Source: an uncultured virus (IMG/VR IMGVR_UViG_3300050821_016519)
Taxonomy: Duplodnaviria; Heunggongvirae; Uroviricota; Caudoviricetes
Strand: one strand, 5' to 3'
DNA: 59,573 bases
IMG/VR virus record: IMGVR_UViG_3300050821_016519
The position numbers were made by a program, and so were the translations under genes. The stretch's first letter is position 1. Each line of letters opens with the position of its first letter. The notes under the pieces were generated by a model. That model saw only the letters and a program-made list of their open reading frames with translations, was not told the DNA's origin and searched no databases. Of this stretch, positions 11,267 through 21,418 are shown piece by piece.

Positions 11267-11534
11267 CCATAAGGAAACCATAATGTGAGCCGCCCTTTGT
11301 TAGCGCAGGGTTTGGACTTTTTGGCGCAGTTCTGCGCATCTCGCCCGATGGCGACGAAGTGAAGAAATAGGCGGTAAATTCACGGTTATGGTGCGGTCCG
11401 CAGGGGACTGGGTAGGGGCGGAATTGAACCGCCGACACATGGATTTTCAGCCCCCCGGTCATCCGTGCGATTGAAGCGGAAAAACAAGGGGAATCCCGCA
11501 GAACTTGCCGTAACCATAAGGCAAAACCATAATG
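11267..11534. repeat. putative integrase arm-type sites (CCATAA motif)
   Basis: CCATAAGG/CCATAATG pairs at 11267+11278 and 11514+11527, inverted CCATAA at 11386-11391, flanking the core. Confidence 0.65.
11409..11450 (-). other. attP core = 3' half of tRNA-Phe(GAA)
   Basis: minus strand CTGAAAA TCCAT GTGTC GGCGG TTCAATT CCGCC CCTACCCA: anticodon loop, T arm and 3' acceptor strand; no 5' half; 81 bp from integrase start. Confidence 0.88.
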
Positions 11535-12956
11535 GGCGGCATGCCCAGGCCCGACCAGCCCGTTCCCCACAAGCACGTCCCCGACTGGTTTGACGCGGCC
11601 CCGATGCACGCCGGGCTTCGCCAGCGTTTGCTCGCGACCTTCTCTCTCACGCGGGACGGTTACGTTCGCTGGTATCTCGACCGCACGCGCTTCGTCTGTG
11701 GACGCAAGACGGCGCCGGACGAGGTCGAAGGCGTGTGGGAATCGCTCCGCAAAGAGATCGACGCCAACCTCGAGCGCTCGGCCGACGCCATCGCCACGCT
11801 GGGAACGGCGACGCTTCGCCAGGCCGCCGCCCGGTTCTTTGACTACCTCGATCATCGCGTCAAGCACGGCACGCCGCGGTCGCTGGCCCCGGTGACGCGG
11901 GCCGACTACATCCGCACCCTGAGCCGCTTCGGCAAGTGCGTCGGCGCCGACCGACCTATCGCGGAAATGGGCGCCGGCGACTTCACGCAATATGCCAAGA
12001 CGCTGATCGGCTGCGCCCCCTGCGTTCTGGCCCGGCACGTCGCCTATCTCCGCGCCTTTTTCCGCTGGTGCGTCGAGGACGATCTTCTGGAAACCGTGCC
12101 CAAGTTCGGGACGTTCTTCAAGCGCCCCAGCCAGCAGCGTCATCGCGACCGCCGGCTGAGCATCATCAAGAGCTACACCCCGGCGGAGATCCAGGCCCTG
12201 TGGAAAAACGCGGACGATACCGAGCGCCTGTGGATCGCCCTGGGGATCAACGGGGCCATGGACAACAGCGACATCGCCAACTTCTCGTCGCACCTGATCG
12301 ACTGGGAGCGCGGCGTCATCGACTACCGGCGCCGCAAAGAGGGGAAGGTGCGCCGGGTCATCCCCATGCGCCCCGAGCTGCTCAAGCTGCTCAAGAAATA
12401 CCAACGGCCGCAAAGGGCCAATGGAGCGGATGCCAATCAAGCGGCAGACAACGGCGACGGCACCAACAGCAACGGCGAGTTGTTTTTTCTGACCAGCAAC
12501 GGGCTGCCGCTGATCCGGCTCAAGGCAAGTTTGGCGCGGCCGGGTTTGTCCAATGCCATCGACGCCCTCTCGCAGCGCTGGCGGCGCTTGAGCGAGCGGG
12601 CCGGGTTGCGACAGAAGCCGATCGTCATCGAAAACACGATGAGGCAGGGATCGAGACGGCGGCGGATCAAATTCAGCGGCGATGCCGATGGCCGCGGGTT
12701 CCGCTCGCTGCGCACGACCTTTCCCAACCTGGCCCCGCCGGGTTATCGGGAGGAAGTTGAGATTGTCATGGGGCACCAAAACGATTCCGTTCTCGTCGAA
12801 AACTATCTCGAACACCTCGGGCTCGACCGGCTCCGCGAATTGGTCGATGCCGTCTGGACGGCGGCCTTCACATCGCCGCCGCGGCGGGATGCAAAGCCGA
12901 AGAAACCGAAGAAACCCGCGGCTTCCGGGGGGGGACGGAAGCGGCGACGCGCTTGA
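11532..12956 (+). CDS. int: phage integrase (tyrosine recombinase)
   Basis: core-binding domain, YRRRKEG, FRSLRTTF, IVMGH, ENY; adjacent to attP. Confidence 0.85.
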   Translation: MGGMPRPDQPVPHKHVPDWFDAAPMHAGLRQRLLATFSLTRDGYVRWYLDRTRFVCGRKTAPDEVEGVWESLRKEIDANLERSADAIATLGTATLRQAAARFFDYLDHRVKHGTPRSLAPVTRADYIRTLSRFGKCVGADRPIAEMGAGDFTQYAKTLIGCAPCVLARHVAYLRAFFRWCVEDDLLETVPKFGTFFKRPSQQRHRDRRLSIIKSYTPAEIQALWKNADDTERLWIALGINGAMDNSDIANFSSHLIDWERGVIDYRRRKEGKVRRVIPMRPELLKLLKKYQRPQRANGADANQAADNGDGTNSNGELFFLTSNGLPLIRLKASLARPGLSNAIDALSQRWRRLSERAGLRQKPIVIENTMRQGSRRRRIKFSGDADGRGFRSLRTTFPNLAPPGYREEVEIVMGHQNDSVLVENYLEHLGLDRLRELVDAVWTAAFTSPPRRDAKPKKPKKPAASGGGRKRRRA

Positions 12957-13176
12957 ACTGCTCGGCCTTGTCCAGATCGGCCCGCAATTCGTCCAGGTAG
13001 AATTCCAGCCACGGACGCCGGGCGGTTCCGCCGCGGCGGTAGGACCGGACCTGTAGCTCCAGCGCCAGCTTGCGCAGGTAGCGATAATCGCGGCCGACGA
13101 GCCGCGCCGCTTCCCGGATCGGCAGACGCTTGCGATCGGTTGGCCTGTCGCCGTCAGCCTTGTCCCTGTCAGCCAT
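12868..13176 (-). CDS. excisionase-like HTH protein
   Basis: LPIREAARLVGRDYRYLRKL; convergent with and overlapping the integrase 3' end. Confidence 0.6.
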   Translation of the reverse strand: MADRDKADGDRPTDRKRLPIREAARLVGRDYRYLRKLALELQVRSYRRGGTARRPWLEFYLDELRADLDKAEQFKRVAASVPPRKPRVSSVSSALHPAAAAM

Positions 13177-13570
13177 GGTTCACCTCAGCCCCCGCAAACC
13201 CGCCGCTGCGATCTTTCGACCGCCCGGCGGGGCGTGCTTCTATTGTGGCGCCTGTCGCAAGAGTCAGCAGCTCACGTCAGCCGCCGGGAAAGAATCCGCA
13301 CCGCCTCCTTTCTGGACTGAGGGGTGAGCGGGAATGGCGATGGCGCAGACGCTGCGCCGGGTTCGCCGTGGTTCACGCGATACCGTAAAGGCCCGATCAA
13401 ATACCGGGTTTGGAAGGCACGTGGGCCGGGTAGACTTCCGGTTTTCCTGACGGCTCAGGCCGTTGAAATTCGCAATAGACGTGTCTACGCTTTTCATGTC
13501 GTTCGTGATCTGGCCCGCCGTCCGCTCCAAGGACGACGGGCCGTTTTATTTAGGGCGTTTCCATTGTGAT

Positions 13571-13759
13571 TCATCCGGTCCTCACAAGCTCTTTACCTTC
13601 ACGCGATTTCAATCCCTCGTCGATCAGTCGGGCGATCATCTGCGTGCGCGATCGGCGCGTTTCTCTCGCGGCCTGGTCGAGTTCTGCCAAGATCGACTTT
13701 TCGAGGTACGCGGTGACGGGAACCAGTTCGTCGCTCTTTGCCACTGGCTTTTTGGCCAT
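13571..13759 (-). CDS. CopG/ribbon-helix-helix regulator
   Basis: VPVTAYLEKSILAELDQAARETRRSRTQMIARLIDEGL; RBS AGGAGA. Confidence 0.75.
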   Translation of the reverse strand: MAKKPVAKSDELVPVTAYLEKSILAELDQAARETRRSRTQMIARLIDEGLKSREGKELVRTG

Positions 13760-13775
13760 ATGCGTTCTCCTGTGC

Positions 13776-13970
13776 CTATTCCTCGGCCGGCTGGGACCGG
13801 AATTCGCGCTCCAGACGTGAAACGCCATCCATGATGAATTCGAGGGCGTGACTCGAAGCATCACGGCGCTTGCGGCGTGACACCTCGAACAACCGCTTTT
13901 TGTCGTCCTCGGGCATCCTGATTCCCAGAAAAGCGTTTCGCCTGAACGTCCGGGCCATCTTCATGGCCAT
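13776..13970 (-). CDS. Arc-like ribbon-helix-helix regulator
   Basis: AFLGIRMPEDDKKRLFEVSRRKRRDASSHALEFI. Confidence 0.65.
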   Translation of the reverse strand: MAMKMARTFRRNAFLGIRMPEDDKKRLFEVSRRKRRDASSHALEFIMDGVSRLEREFRSQPAEE

Positions 13971-14109
13971 AGATGTACCGAAGCGTTTTACAGTATTCAA
14001 CTGTTATTTTACACTATTAGCATTTATGTAAACGCAATGGCGTGTGACGCATCGACTTGCGCAAAAAAACTTATTTTACATCATGCTGATTTGTGCTAAC
14101 TTCCGCGCC

Positions 14110-14448
14110 GTGAATACAAAACAGGCAAAGCCGCGGCGGAACATGACCCCGTTGACCGACGAGGCCGACAAGATCGCCGAAGATGTGCTGCGCGACTATC
14201 GGATCAGCAAAACGGATTTGATCCAGCGGCTTCTCTTCTTCTTGGAGGCCGCCCCCGGCTCCGTCCGTCAGACGATGATCGGGATGATTCCCCCGGACAT
14301 GAAAGCGCCGTTCCTGGAGGCGAGCGCGAAGTTTTTCACGGCGGTCATCGAAGGGGAAATTCAGGTCCGCAAGCCCATGCCCAAGGGACGGCCCGGCCGC
14401 AAGAGTTCCGAGCCGGACCACCCGCTAAGGGTCAAGCGCGAGAAATGA
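14110..14448 (+). CDS. divergent putative repressor (RHH-like), start uncertain
   Basis: faces the two RHH genes across an AT-rich spacer; RNMTPLTDEADKIAEDVLRDYRISKTDLIQRLL. Confidence 0.45.
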   Translation: MNTKQAKPRRNMTPLTDEADKIAEDVLRDYRISKTDLIQRLLFFLEAAPGSVRQTMIGMIPPDMKAPFLEASAKFFTAVIEGEIQVRKPMPKGRPGRKSSEPDHPLRVKREK

Positions 14449-15311
14449 GAGCGCCGCGCTCGTTGGCGCGGTTTGCTTCCAGTGCGATCAGCCGGTTGAT
14501 GGCCTTGAGTAATCGCGTTCTCCGGTCCGTTTCATCGCCCCCGTCCGGCAGAAGAAGCACGCCCCGTTTGAAATCCGCAAGTCCGCTGCATCCCCTGGGA
14601 ATCTCCCGCCGTGGAACGAACCGCACCTGCAACTGAACGCCAGCCCCCAATTTCAAAACATCATCCCGCGTCCCTGCGAAACTCGACATAAGCAACATCC
14701 CTGAAATGCAATCTTCGCGATGCTACACGCCGCGCTTTCGCGATTGCAAACGAATTGTGAAGGACCGTCCATTTTGCACACATTGAATGACCGGCGCGTC
14801 ACTTGGCAGGCGGGGATCGGGCGCTGGCTATGATGAACTTGGACGCCGGCGCGAAACGGGGACAGAAATCTCTCGCGAATTTTTTGTTTGCTCTCCCGCC
14901 GCCGCTCGCTAGGATGCCGATCGGTTTCAGCAGCTCACCTCAGCCGCCGGACGGTTTCGCGGTCCGGTTAAGTTCGATTCCCATACATATTGAATGTCGT
15001 CACTAGGAGAGCGCTTTTATGCGCGAAGGATTGGAGCCCCATGACCCGCCGCACCGAACCCGACGAGCCAAGCTGCTGTGTCTGTGGCTGTACGCAGAAC
15101 GACGCCTGTGAGGGAGGGTGCTCCTGGGTGGCGGCCGATCTGTGCAGCGCCTGTCAGGCGTCATGGGAGGAGGCGGTGCGCGTGGTCAGGAGACTTCGCC
15201 ACCCCGGCAATAAGGACTGGCCGATTGCGCGGCAGACGCTGGAAGTGGCGCGGGCGTGTAGGAGGGTACAGGATAAGCGGGATGCGGAGATCGGGGTTTA
15301 GTGTTTTCAAT

Positions 15312-15587
15312 CGTAATGACTTACTTGACTCACCAACGAAGCAACGCTTTAGCCCCGCTCGACCTTGGCAATGAAGTGTGCATCAGCATTCCTTCGACCA
15401 ATGGCGACTCGGCGGGTAGCTCCTACGAGAGTCGGAACGTTGGCGGACAGGTTAAAGGCGGGTCGGCGATCCCCGCGACTTGCTGCTCAAGCCGTCGATA
15501 CGCGAACGCCAGGCCACGTCGAGAGGACGTTGTTCATCAAATTCCGAATGGCGTGGATTTCAATGGTGAGTCAAGTAAGTCATTGCC
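15312..15587. mobile_element. IS1595-family-like MITE (276 bp)
   Basis: perfect 21-bp inverted repeat AATGACTTACTTGACTCACCA (15315-15335 / 15564-15584); 8-bp direct repeat TTTTCAAT at 15304-15311 and 15588-15595. Confidence 0.85.
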
Positions 15588-15590
15588 TTT

Positions 15591-16040
15591 TCAATCCCCC
15601 CGGTTGAACACATGCTGATCGTTCTCCTCCAGCCACTTGCCCAATGCCTCCGCCGCGATCGAGCGCAGGGAGTTGTGCTCTTTGCGCTTCTGCAACCGCG
15701 CCGCCGCCACCGCCACGGTGAGCGAGTCGTACAAGGATTCAGGAATGTCCACTGACAACGTGCGCAGTCTTTCCGATTCATCCCGCGTGAGCAGCACGCC
15801 CTTGTCTTTGCGGCGCTTCGGCGGAATACCCGCCTGTGGTTCATCCGCTCGCGTTGACGACACGCCTGTAGTCCGGGCTTGTCTGTGCCCATCTGTGTCC
15901 GTCTGCGCAGCCTGTGAAAGCTGCGGCGTCGGCGGCAGGGTCAGCGCCCGTCTCACGTTCTCAGGCAGCGACGTGGTAGCGGTCAGCGTCCTGGAGGTCA
16001 GAGGCAGAGGCGGCGGGGCGATCGATTGCGAGGATTCCAT
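15591..16040 (-). CDS. ParG-like RHH partition adaptor
   Basis: low-complexity N-terminus, C-terminal RTLSVDIPESLYDSL...SLRSIAAEALGKWL; directly downstream of parA. Confidence 0.65.
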   Translation of the reverse strand: MESSQSIAPPPLPLTSRTLTATTSLPENVRRALTLPPTPQLSQAAQTDTDGHRQARTTGVSSTRADEPQAGIPPKRRKDKGVLLTRDESERLRTLSVDIPESLYDSLTVAVAAARLQKRKEHNSLRSIAAEALGKWLEENDQHVFNRGD

Positions 16041-16695
16041 GGGGCAGGATCTCCGTAAACAGGGCGTCCAGTTCGGCACAGGCGAGCTTGGCCGGATTCG
16101 ACCACGACGACGACACGGCCTTCATCCGCCAGGCGACGGTTCCGTGCGAGTAGGCGGCGCGAAAGACCATCCGTCTGCCGATCGACGCCGCCGCAGCCGT
16201 GACGCCGGGCCCCCCCGACTCGCGAGCCAATTCCGCCAGTCTCAATCGCGCCCGCGTGGCTTCCCCGCCGGGATCGACGATCGACAGATACAGCACCACC
16301 GGCTTGCGCACCTCCAGCGCCTTCATCGTCGCCAGGGCCTGAGCGGTCGAATCGAGATTGATCTCGCTGGGGACGATGGGCATGTAGACGCGATCGGACA
16401 GTTTCAAAAGCTCGAGCGCCGCCCCGTCCAGTCCCGGCTTGGCATCGGCGATCACGGTGAGGTCATCCCCCGCTTTGAGACGTTCGACGGCGTCGTGCAC
16501 CTCGCCCGCTTCGATCGCCGGCAGGCAGAGGATTCCCGGGGCGGCGCGTTTGAGCCAGTGGGTGCTCCGCGCTTGCGGATCGGCGTCGATGAAGGCGACA
16601 TTGGCATTCCGCTCGGCCAGCCAGCAGGCCAAATGCACCGCCGCCGTCGTCTTGCCGCAGCCGCCGGATTGATTGAGGACGGTGAGGAGTTGCAT
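15961..16695 (-). CDS. parA: ParA family partition ATPase (short, type Ib-like)
   Basis: LTVLNQSGGCGKTT, FIDADPQ, VIADAKPG, YMPIVPS. Confidence 0.88.
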   Translation of the reverse strand: MQLLTVLNQSGGCGKTTAAVHLACWLAERNANVAFIDADPQARSTHWLKRAAPGILCLPAIEAGEVHDAVERLKAGDDLTVIADAKPGLDGAALELLKLSDRVYMPIVPSEINLDSTAQALATMKALEVRKPVVLYLSIVDPGGEATRARLRLAELARESGGPGVTAAAASIGRRMVFRAAYSHGTVAWRMKAVSSSWSNPAKLACAELDALFTEILPHGILAIDRPAASASDLQDADRYHVAA

Positions 16696-16825
16696 AGCCG
16701 CTGTATCGGAGACAATGGGCTTGGGACAGTAGTTATTCGTGCTCTCAAGACCGATCCGGTCATCGGGGAACCGGGGGAGTCTGGCAAGCTGGAAGTCGGG
16801 GAGTCTTGGTTTTCGGGAGACGACG

Positions 16826-17365
16826 ATGAAGGCAATCAGTCTCTGGCAACCTTGGGCGAGCCTCATCGCGATCGGCGCGAAGTGCTATGAGACTCGGAGT
16901 TGGTCCACTTCATTCCGCGGCCGTCTGGCGATTCACGCTTCAAAGACGAATGGAATGTTGAGTGCTGCTGGAGAGATCGCCTGCGCTGACGCCTTCAAAA
17001 AAGCCGGGTTGCCATTGCACCTGCGTTTGATTCCGCACGGCGCGATTGTCTGCGTCTGCCGTCTGGAGCGATGTTTGCCGACCCACGCCAAGAACGGTTG
17101 GACGGAGGGACAGGGTAACGCGATCCTGGTCGATGGGCGCGACTTCATTCACGTCTCTGCGCCGCAGCGGCTTTTTGGAGACTACGCGCCGGGACGTTTC
17201 GCCTGGAAGCTGACGGAGATTGAAGCGCTTCAGCAGCCCATCCCGTTCCGGGGGCGTCAAGGATTGTTCGACGTTCCCGACACGCTCATCAAAGAGGCGA
17301 TGGCCGATCATCCGGTCGAATCCGTCCCGATCGGCGACAGCGGTCTTTTTTCGCAATACCCGTAA
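16826..17365 (+). CDS. ASCH domain protein
   Basis: MKAISLWQPWASLIAIGAKCYETRSW...LAIHAS...PFRGRQGLF. Confidence 0.88.
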   Translation: MKAISLWQPWASLIAIGAKCYETRSWSTSFRGRLAIHASKTNGMLSAAGEIACADAFKKAGLPLHLRLIPHGAIVCVCRLERCLPTHAKNGWTEGQGNAILVDGRDFIHVSAPQRLFGDYAPGRFAWKLTEIEALQQPIPFRGRQGLFDVPDTLIKEAMADHPVESVPIGDSGLFSQYP

Positions 17366-17369
17366 AAAC

Positions 17370-19500
17370 ATGAAAACCCGCGCGCGGATCAAAATGTCGA
17401 TCGGAGCCGTGACCTTCACCGTGAAGGGCAAGACGCTGCGGACGCCGCCGCGATCGCTGGATTGCGAACTGCGCAATGGCGTATGGGTGCAAGTGAAACG
17501 GCGCAAGAGGAAGGGCGACAAAAGATGAGCGAACAATCGGAGCAGCCCGACAGCGAAACCCTCTACGTCGGCAGCCTGGTCTCGTCGCGGAGCGGAGAGG
17601 GCGTCGTCCAATTCCAGTGGGGCGAGAAGACCTGCCAGCTCGATCCGGAAACCGCCCGCCAGGTTGCCTTCCAGATTCTGGAAGCCGCAGAGGCCAGCGA
17701 CTCCGATGAATTTGTCGTGTGGCTGTTGCGCGAGAAGGTCGGGCTTTCCATGGAGCAGTGCTGGCCGATCCTCATCGACTTCCGCGAGCATCGCAACCGG
17801 AGGCGGATCGAGAGGGGACAGGAGCCGGTCGCCATCGCCAAGCCACCAATCGGAAAGGTCCCATGACGTTGCAAGAGCACAAGGACCGTCACAAGTTCCT
17901 TCACAAGGCGCTGGATGAATTGGCGGCGGACTACCTCATCCATCAACGGGACAAGGGTCTTTCCGACACGAGCGTTCTTGACCTGATCGAATGGTCGTCC
18001 GAACAGACGCGCGATCCGATGTGGCCGCCGGGAATCGCGCCCGATGAGGAGACGCCGAAATGACCGATCGCGCGGCAAAATTCTGCGCCAAGCTGAATGT
18101 CGCCATCAGCGGCGTGGGTACGACGATGTTCCCCAGGGGTTTTTGCAGGGCGCGATCGGCCAGGACCCCGGCTCGATCAATCTGGTCGAGGGCACCTTTC
18201 GTTGCCGCCGCTGCGGGGCGCTGCGAAAGATGTTCTGGCGCGGTCCGCTGAACGTCGCGGAGTTTCGCGTCGGTAACGGCGACTGGAAAACCAAGGCACC
18301 CCCATGCAATTGCGAGCAAACGCCCGCCCCGAGAGGAGCAGAAGTTAATGCCTGAAATCCCCCATGACACCATCGCCGCCATCCACGACCGTCTTCACGC
18401 CGTCATCACCGGCCGGACGCCGCTGCAAATGCCCGACTCCGAACGCAAGGCGCTCGAACTCCAGTGCGGGCCGCTCTGCTGGCTCCTCGGCCACGACAAC
18501 AATCCCGCCTTCCAGATCCAACATGCTCTCGCTGCTTATCACGATGCAACACGAAGGTGTGGCCTCGATCGCCCCGCGGACAATCACGAAGCGCTCGCCA
18601 GCAAGGCGCAGTTGCTTGCACTCGATCTCGCCCAGCTCCTCGTCGACGACGATGGGCGAGAAAGGCATTCAGTGCCTGAGCTGCGGGCGGACAAGTTGGA
18701 ACCTCAATGACGTGCAGAACAAATATTGCGGACACTGCCATGTGTTTCCATCTGAACGAAATGGAGCGTGAGCTGGCGGAACTGAAAAGCCGGCTCGGAG
18801 AGAGCGATGAAAGTTGAAAACGCGACCGCCCCACCACGGCCCATAATGTGCGTTATGTTAAGTTCGGAGTAGATACAACTAAATGAGCGAAAGCAACGAT
18901 ACCATGAGCCATCATCCCCCACCGGTCGAGTTCCGCGACGTCGGCAGCGGCTGCCGATGCTGGATCAACGGCTATCCCGCCAAGGGGTTCGTCCAGCTCG
19001 TCGCCGAGACGCCGCCGGACAAGCGGCACATTGTCATCACGATCGGCTCGAAAGACGTTGAAGCCGTGGCGGCGGTATTTCGCAGATTTCAAGAGGCCAC
19101 GCGCCCCGAACCGCATTCCGTTGCGGAGTCCGAAGATGCCGAGCTTAGATAACGTCCAGAACATCGTCGCCTGCGTCCCCGACGGCGCGCCCGGTTACAC
19201 GCCGGGTTGCGACTATGAGCGGGTGAACTGCCCGCGCTGCCGGCGCCGCTGCTGGCTCGGTCCGAAGGCCAAGGCGAAAGTCGCGGCCGGCGAGGCGATC
19301 CTCCTCTGCGCCCACTGCGCCATCCGGCTGACCCGCGCGGACAGGTCCAGCCGCAGACGCTCGATCCGCAGGCCGAGGCGCGGCTCGACCAAGCGCAATG
19401 CGACCGGGAAATGTCGGCCATGAGCGATCAGGAGATCGAGCAGCTCGGCCGCGACGAGCGCACCAGCCGGCCGGGAGAGACGCCGTGAAAGAGTGAAAGA
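17370..19500 (+). other. cluster of small rightward hypothetical genes, several with Zn-ribbon motifs
   Basis: packed short ORFs (e.g. 17525-17866, 17863-18063, 18348-18710, 18883-19152). Confidence 0.5.
18836..18863 (+). other. dif-like XerC/XerD site
   Basis: ACGGCCCATAA-TGTGCG-TTATGTTAAGT versus E. coli dif GGTGCGCATAA-TGTATA-TTATGTTAAAT; intergenic. Confidence 0.75.
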
Positions 19501-19568
19501 GCAGCTCTGTCATTGCGGCCAGCCCCTGCACTACACCGATCCGGCGGTGCGCCATCTGAGTCGATCGT

Positions 19569-19913
19569 TTACTTCCCCGTCGCGTCCCCGATCCCATTGC
19601 TGGCCGTCTTCATCCGCGCCACCAAATCGCCGAGTTCGCTTCCGCTCCGAACCAGATGGCCCATTTGGATCAGCGCGTTGCTGATGATCTCGGCGTTTGC
19701 ATGAACGTCTGCCTTCCTCACGCTGGCCTTGGCGACGCGCAACAGGTGTCTGAGCGCCTCGGATTTTTTGATGCCATGTTCGCGGGCCTGGTCTCGGATG
19801 AACTTGATTTGCTGCGGGTACAACGAGAACCAAACTCGTTGGGCGATCGGCGTTTCTTCGGCGTCCGGGTCATCCGGGTCTAAGGGTTTGGATGAGGCAG
19901 AAAGGGCGCACAC
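19569..19913 (-). CDS. RHH-like DNA-binding protein
   Basis: RVWFSLYPQQIKFIRDQAREHGIKKSEALRHLL. Confidence 0.5.
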   Translation of the reverse strand: MCALSASSKPLDPDDPDAEETPIAQRVWFSLYPQQIKFIRDQAREHGIKKSEALRHLLRVAKASVRKADVHANAEIISNALIQMGHLVRSGSELGDLVARMKTASNGIGDATGK

Positions 19914-20917
19914 CTTACGGATACTTTATGCCAAAAGGGCGGAAACTTTCCACCGTAATTGCGCCCAAGACGTGTGACTATAGATAGTTGCGGGTTCAAC
20001 GGACCCCCTATTTCAAGTCGCGCCAAATCCAAAAACGCGGCAGACGTTCTCACCGCCACCGAGGATGAGAAGCGCCGGCACCGCGCCATGGTCAAGACAT
20101 GGATCATGGCCCTGGTCTGCTCGTGGAGCTGGCGCGAAGGTTTGTTCGATTGCTTCACGGACGATGAGGGGGATGACCGGCTGACGATGCCGGGCGGTCG
20201 ACAGGCGACGAAGCGCTCCCTGCACTCGCAAAAGCTCTACCCGCCGGGCGGCGGCAGCACGAAGATGATCCACTGCTCGGTCTGTCGAGTCCTGGCGCCG
20301 GCCTACCCGCTGTACCGCCAAGACTCCTCAGAGATCTGCGTCAACTGCTACCACTATTTCCTGTCAGGCACGGAAGAATCCCACCCGCTCAATGAGGTGA
20401 TCGACCGCTCCCAGCTCAAGAGCCTTTTCGAGGAAGGGTTTCTCCAGGTGCCGCGCGGCGCCAAGAGCGATTTCCACAAGCCGCGGCCAGGCGTCTGCTG
20501 GTTCGGGGACCGCGATTACGGCTTGAGGATGCTGGCTGAGGCCGACCGGAAATCCAATTCGCCGCGCCATCGGAAATACCTTGCCAACGATGCCCGTGTC
20601 TGCGGCGGCCCGATCGATGCCGACGGGGTCATGCGCGATCCGTGGCTCGGGTATATGTGGGGCGTCTGGGGCGGCCAGTCCGGGGGCGAATCTGCCTGCG
20701 GTGAGCGTGCCTGCCCTGAGCCTGCCGAAGGTGTCGAATCTGTTCAAACGGGGGCCTGATGGTCACAGCTCAGATTTTTTCCCGCGTCGTTTCTTACTTG
20801 CGGTCCTGCCGACTATTTACGCGCGATGCCGTTCCGGATTTCGCGACCGGGTGTGACGATTCGATAGTCACAGGCGCGCGTATAGATAGAGGCACTTCCG
20901 TTCCTTCCCTGCCGCGA

Positions 20918-21091
20918 ATGACCCCCAAGCAAAAGTTGGCCGTCCTGCTTCGCCGCGCCCAGTGCGACGACAGGGAGGTTGCCGAGCGCCTGGGGATCAC
21001 CCGCGAAAACGCCAATCGGCTCATCAACCGCGGACTGCGGAATGAGGCCGCGCTTCTCAATGCCGCCCGGCAGATGTTGAGACCCCGGTGA
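20918..21091 (+). CDS. small sigma70 region 4/LuxR-like HTH protein
   Basis: MTPKQK...DREVAERLGITRENANRLINRG. Confidence 0.55.
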   Translation: MTPKQKLAVLLRRAQCDDREVAERLGITRENANRLINRGLRNEAALLNAARQMLRPR

Positions 21092-21418
21092 GCGAAAGCG
21101 CATCGAGCATCGTCCGCTGCGGGCGGGTGCGTTTTTCTCCCAACGGCGTCCGCGTTCAGGACCGCTTCGCTCAGGGCGAGCAGACCGACCTTCAGCGTCT
21201 GGAAGGCAACCGCCGCCGCCGCAACTTCGCCAAATACAAGGACGAGGACCAACCCCGTCGCGTCCCCGATGCCGACTGGCAGGCCGGGGTCTCCCGGAAC
21301 AGCGACCGGTTCCACGTGCTGCTCAACGGCGAGCCGGTCAACCTGGCGATCGCGGCATCGGTCATCCGCGGCTGGGTCATTCGTTTGATCGATCCACCGT
21401 CGAAAGAGACGCAGAGGC

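Noticed and set aside
11409..11490. Complete tRNA-Phe gene
   Set aside because: No D arm, 5' anticodon stem or 5' acceptor strand; better explained as the attP core
10461..12815. 784-aa minus-strand ORF
   Set aside because: Mostly the antisense shadow of the integrase and attP; only 10461-10970 has its own RBS and looks genuine
19136..19500. Apparent frame break near 19335 as programmed recoding
   Set aside because: No slippery heptamer or shifty stop; more likely an indel or sequencing error, and a caution for the other frameshift calls
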